From Albidovulum sp. (GTDB lineage: Bacteria > Pseudomonadota > Alphaproteobacteria > Rhodobacterales > Rhodobacteraceae), in the NCBI GenBank assembly GCA_049680345.1, contig JBAUHP010000007.1:1-41665 (forward strand): DNA of 41,665 nucleotides, in the 5' to 3' direction. The position numbers were made by a program, and so were the translations under genes. Below the pieces are notes generated by a model, which did no database searches, was not told where the DNA came from, and saw only the letters and a program-made list of their open reading frames with translations. Shown here in pieces: positions 38,673-41,665 of the stretch. Within the stretch, counting starts at the first letter, position 1. Each line of letters starts with the position of its first letter.

Positions 38673-40226
38673 ATGTCGAATGAAGCGCTGACCACCGAAC
38701 CAAAACGCGCCGGACGCACCGGTGGACGAGAGGCACGGCGCGCTATGCGGGCGGCCCCCCTGACCGAGGCGATGCGCCCGGTCCGCCCCGGCATGACCGG
38801 CGGACAATATAAGCCGCTGACGGATGCCGATGTCGCCGCGATCCATTCCGCAGCACTTGAGGCGCTAGAAGTGATCGGCCTGTCCCAGGCCCCGGAATCG
38901 GGGGTCAAACTGCTGACCGAGGCGGGTGCCATTCAAGGCGATGACGGCCGCATCCGTTTTCCGCGCGCCTTGGTCGAAGACATGTTGGCGGTGGCGGCAC
39001 GCAACATCACGCTGCACGCCCGCGACCCCAAGCATGACCTGCATCTGTCGGGATCGAAGGTCCATTACGGTACGGCTGGTGCGGCGGTGCATATCGTCGA
39101 CCCAGAGACGCTTGATTACCGCGAATCCACTGCGCAAGACCTTTATGATGCCGCACGTCTGGTCGATAACCTTGACAATATCCACTTCTTCCAGCGCGCT
39201 ATGGTTTGCCGCGATGTGGTCGATAATCAGGAAATGGACCTGAACACGCTTTACGCCTGCCTCGCGGGCACCAACAAGCATGTCGGCACCTCCTTCAGCG
39301 ATCCGGAATATGTCAGCCAATGCTTTGACATGATCTACACGGTTGCGGGCGGCGAAGAGAAATGGCTGGAGCGGCCCTTCGTCTCAAACTCCAACTGCTT
39401 CGTCGTGCCGCCGATGAAATTCGCCGAAGAAAGCTGCATCACGATGGAGGATTGTATCCGTCGCGGCATGCCGATGCTCTTGCTTTCGGCAGGCCAAGCA
39501 GGTGCCACCGCACCCGCGCCGATTGCGCTGACGATTGTGCAGGCCGTGGCCGAGTGTCTGGCGGGTGTGGTTTATGTGAACGCCATCAAGAAGGGCGCGC
39601 CCGCAGTTTTCGGCACATGGCCTTTCGTATCTGATCTGCGCACCGGTGCGATGTCGGGCGGTTCGGCCGAACAGGCGCTTCTGACCGCAGGCTGCGCGCA
39701 GATGCACCGCTTCTACGATCTGCCGGGCGGTGCCGCGTCGGGCATCTCCGACAGCAAGCTGCCCGATATGCAGGCGGGCTGGGAACAAGGCATCACCAAT
39801 TCTTTGGCCGGTCTTGCCGGTCTGAACATGTGTTATGAGGCCGTGGGTATGCATGCCTCGCTTTTGGGCTTTTGCCTTGAAAGCCTTGTGCTTGGCGATG
39901 ACCTTTTGGGTCAGGCCATGCGTCTGGTGCGCGGTATCGACGTGAACCCGGACAGTACCAGCATCGAAGCGATGAAGGCGGTTTGTATGGGCGGGCCCGG
40001 CCACTACCTTGGTTCCGAGCAAACGCTCAAACTGATGCAGACCGAGTATATCTACCCCGTATGCGCCAACCGGATGAGCCCTAAGGAATGGAACGAGGCG
40101 GGCAAACCGATCCTTTTGGATACGGCAATCGCACGCAAGAATGCCATCTTGTCCAAGGCCGGTTGTGTGATTGACCCCGAAATTGATCAAGCGATCCGCA
40201 ATAAATACAATATCTATTTCAGGTAA
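38673..40226 (+). CDS. MttB superfamily methyltransferase, non-pyrrolysine (MtgB-like)
   Basis: IHSAALEALEVIG, GATAP, DLRTGA, SDSKLPDMQAGWE, GPGHYLG; no in-frame TAG. Confidence 0.9.
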   Translation: MSNEALTTEPKRAGRTGGREARRAMRAAPLTEAMRPVRPGMTGGQYKPLTDADVAAIHSAALEALEVIGLSQAPESGVKLLTEAGAIQGDDGRIRFPRALVEDMLAVAARNITLHARDPKHDLHLSGSKVHYGTAGAAVHIVDPETLDYRESTAQDLYDAARLVDNLDNIHFFQRAMVCRDVVDNQEMDLNTLYACLAGTNKHVGTSFSDPEYVSQCFDMIYTVAGGEEKWLERPFVSNSNCFVVPPMKFAEESCITMEDCIRRGMPMLLLSAGQAGATAPAPIALTIVQAVAECLAGVVYVNAIKKGAPAVFGTWPFVSDLRTGAMSGGSAEQALLTAGCAQMHRFYDLPGGAASGISDSKLPDMQAGWEQGITNSLAGLAGLNMCYEAVGMHASLLGFCLESLVLGDDLLGQAMRLVRGIDVNPDSTSIEAMKAVCMGGPGHYLGSEQTLKLMQTEYIYPVCANRMSPKEWNEAGKPILLDTAIARKNAILSKAGCVIDPEIDQAIRNKYNIYFR

Positions 40227-40294
40227 TCGGCTGCCTTACAGCCAAAAGACGGCCATAAACGACCTGGATCCGTCGCGAAACGGGCTGACGTAAT

Positions 40295-40328
40295 CCCCGC
40301 CTTGAGTGATCAAGGCGGGGGCAGTTTT
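40295..40328 (+). terminator. Strong hairpin with GNRA tetraloop between mttB and the GMC gene
   Basis: CCCCGCCTTGA-GTGA-TCAAGGCGGGG (11-bp stem) followed by GCAGTTTT. Confidence 0.6.
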
Positions 40329-40338
40329 CGGGTTTGGC

Positions 40339-41665
40339 ATGGACGAATTTGATTACATCATCGTGGGCGCAGGCTCGGCCGGTTGTGTCTTGGCCGACCG
40401 GTTGTCGGCCAATGGCCGCCACCGTGTTCTGGTACTGGAAGCGGGCGGCAGTGACCGGCGCTTTTATGTTCATCTGCCGCTGGGTTACGGCAAGCTGTTC
40501 TATAACCAAGCCGTCAACTGGATGTATCAGACCGAAGCCGATCCGGGCCTTGGCGGCAATCGTGATTTCTGGCCGCGTGGCAAGATCCTTGGCGGATCAA
40601 GTTCGATCAACGCCATGGTGTGGATACGTGGTCATGCCAGCGACTATGCCGATTGGGAAGCTGTCGGCGGCAGGCCCTGGGGGGCAGAGGCATGTTTGGC
40701 GGCCTACCGCGCGATTGAGGATACAGAAGCCGGGGGCGACGCATGGCGCGGTGAAGGCGGGCCGTTGTTCATTTCGGCCAACCGCACAGATCTGCATCCC
40801 TTGTGCGATAGCTTCATGCGCTCGGCCATGGCGGCTGGGCTTGATGCCAACCCCGACTTCAACGGCGCTGAGCAAGAGGGTGTCGGCATCTATCAGATGA
40901 CTATCAAGAACGCGCGCCGCAACTCTGCCGCGCGCGCGTTTTTGCGGCCAGCGATGAAGCGCCCGAATGTGACGGTGCTGACCCATGCCCATGCGACGCG
41001 GGTGATATTTGAAGGTCGTCGTGCGGTTGGTGTCGAATATCGCCGCAAAGGCGCCTTGCATCAGGTGCGCGCGGGGCGCGAGGTGATCTTGTCAGGCGGG
41101 GCGATCAACACCCCGCAGCTTTTGATGCTGTCGGGTGTCGGTAACGGCGCGCATCTGCAAAGCCACGGAATTGCGGTTATGGCCGATAATCCCAATGTCG
41201 GCCAGCATCTGAATGACCACCAGGGCGTCAACTACACCTGGAAGATGAAAGTCCCGACCTATAATGACATCTTGCGCCCATGGTGGGGTAAGGCATTGGT
41301 TGGTATGAAATATTTCATCTCCGGCAAAGGGCCTTTGGCAAAGTCTATCAACCATGCGGGCGGGTTCTTTCGCACCGCACCCGATCTTGACCGCCCCAAT
41401 ATGCAGCTTTATTTTCAGGCCTTTTCAACCTTGATCCCGCGCAATGGTGAACGCCCGTTGCTGCGCCCGGACCCGTTTTCGGGCCTGTCGATTGGCCTGT
41501 CAAACTGCCGTCCGACCAGCCGCGGGGAAGTTACGCTTAATTCACCCGATCCCTTCGCCCACCCCAGGATCAGCGCCAATGCGTTTTCCACCGATGCCGA
41601 TGTCGCGGAAATGCTGCTGGCGGTGAAATATCTGCGCAAAATCGCCGCCCAAGACCCCTTGCGCG
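40339..41665 (+). CDS. GMC family oxidoreductase (choline dehydrogenase-like), 3'-partial; absent from the ORF track
   Basis: Translated from ATG 40339: MDEFDYIIVGAGSAGCVLADRLS...LEAGG, WPRGKILGGSSSINAMV, GAINTPQLLMLSGVG, VGQHLNDH, RPTSRG; the motifs stay in one frame to the window end. Confidence 0.93.
   Translation, partial: MDEFDYIIVGAGSAGCVLADRLSANGRHRVLVLEAGGSDRRFYVHLPLGYGKLFYNQAVNWMYQTEADPGLGGNRDFWPRGKILGGSSSINAMVWIRGHASDYADWEAVGGRPWGAEACLAAYRAIEDTEAGGDAWRGEGGPLFISANRTDLHPLCDSFMRSAMAAGLDANPDFNGAEQEGVGIYQMTIKNARRNSAARAFLRPAMKRPNVTVLTHAHATRVIFEGRRAVGVEYRRKGALHQVRAGREVILSGGAINTPQLLMLSGVGNGAHLQSHGIAVMADNPNVGQHLNDHQGVNYTWKMKVPTYNDILRPWWGKALVGMKYFISGKGPLAKSINHAGGFFRTAPDLDRPNMQLYFQAFSTLIPRNGERPLLRPDPFSGLSIGLSNCRPTSRGEVTLNSPDPFAHPRISANAFSTDADVAEMLLAVKYLRKIAAQDPLR

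Noticed and set aside
38673..40226. Pyrrolysine recoding in mttB
   Set aside because: The ORF is uninterrupted, with no in-frame TAG and no pyl genes.

Overview
Chromosomal segment of a high-GC alphaproteobacterium. Gene content and order (pip/ubiG, grxC-comF-methyltransferase-hemH, cca-nudL-hslO, REC-PP2C/Hpt, ilvA) point to Rhodobacteraceae/Paracoccaceae. It has four parts. (1) 1-~7130 is a probable decayed integrated element: an EhuABCD-like ABC importer, a creatinase-like metal-free M24 hydrolase, a two-Cys racemase/isomerase, LysR and Lrp regulators, ending in an internally deleted mobC relic and an AT-rich junction. (2) ~7200-25400 holds core genes plus an envelope locus (14131-16919). 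There, two tiny secreted paralogues whose predicted mature N-termini begin Gly-Gly and whose C-termini are hydrophobic helices lie next to a Tat-exported L,D-transpeptidase, a CAP lipoprotein and a YafK/DpaA-like lipoprotein. This is the best candidate for an undescribed system, a peptidoglycan-membrane tether with attaching and detaching enzymes (inference). (3) 25442-28934 has a phosphodiesterase, LysR and TmpA/TmpB phosphonocholine (TMAEP) catabolism. (4) 32110-41665 is a methylated-amine cluster: LysR, two GcvT-family flavodehydrogenases, a degenerate MDR-like ORF, a non-pyrrolysine MttB and a GMC oxidoreductase running off the window. No rRNA, intact tRNA, CRISPR array or intact transposase was seen. 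All calls rest on motifs recognised by eye; no database search was run.
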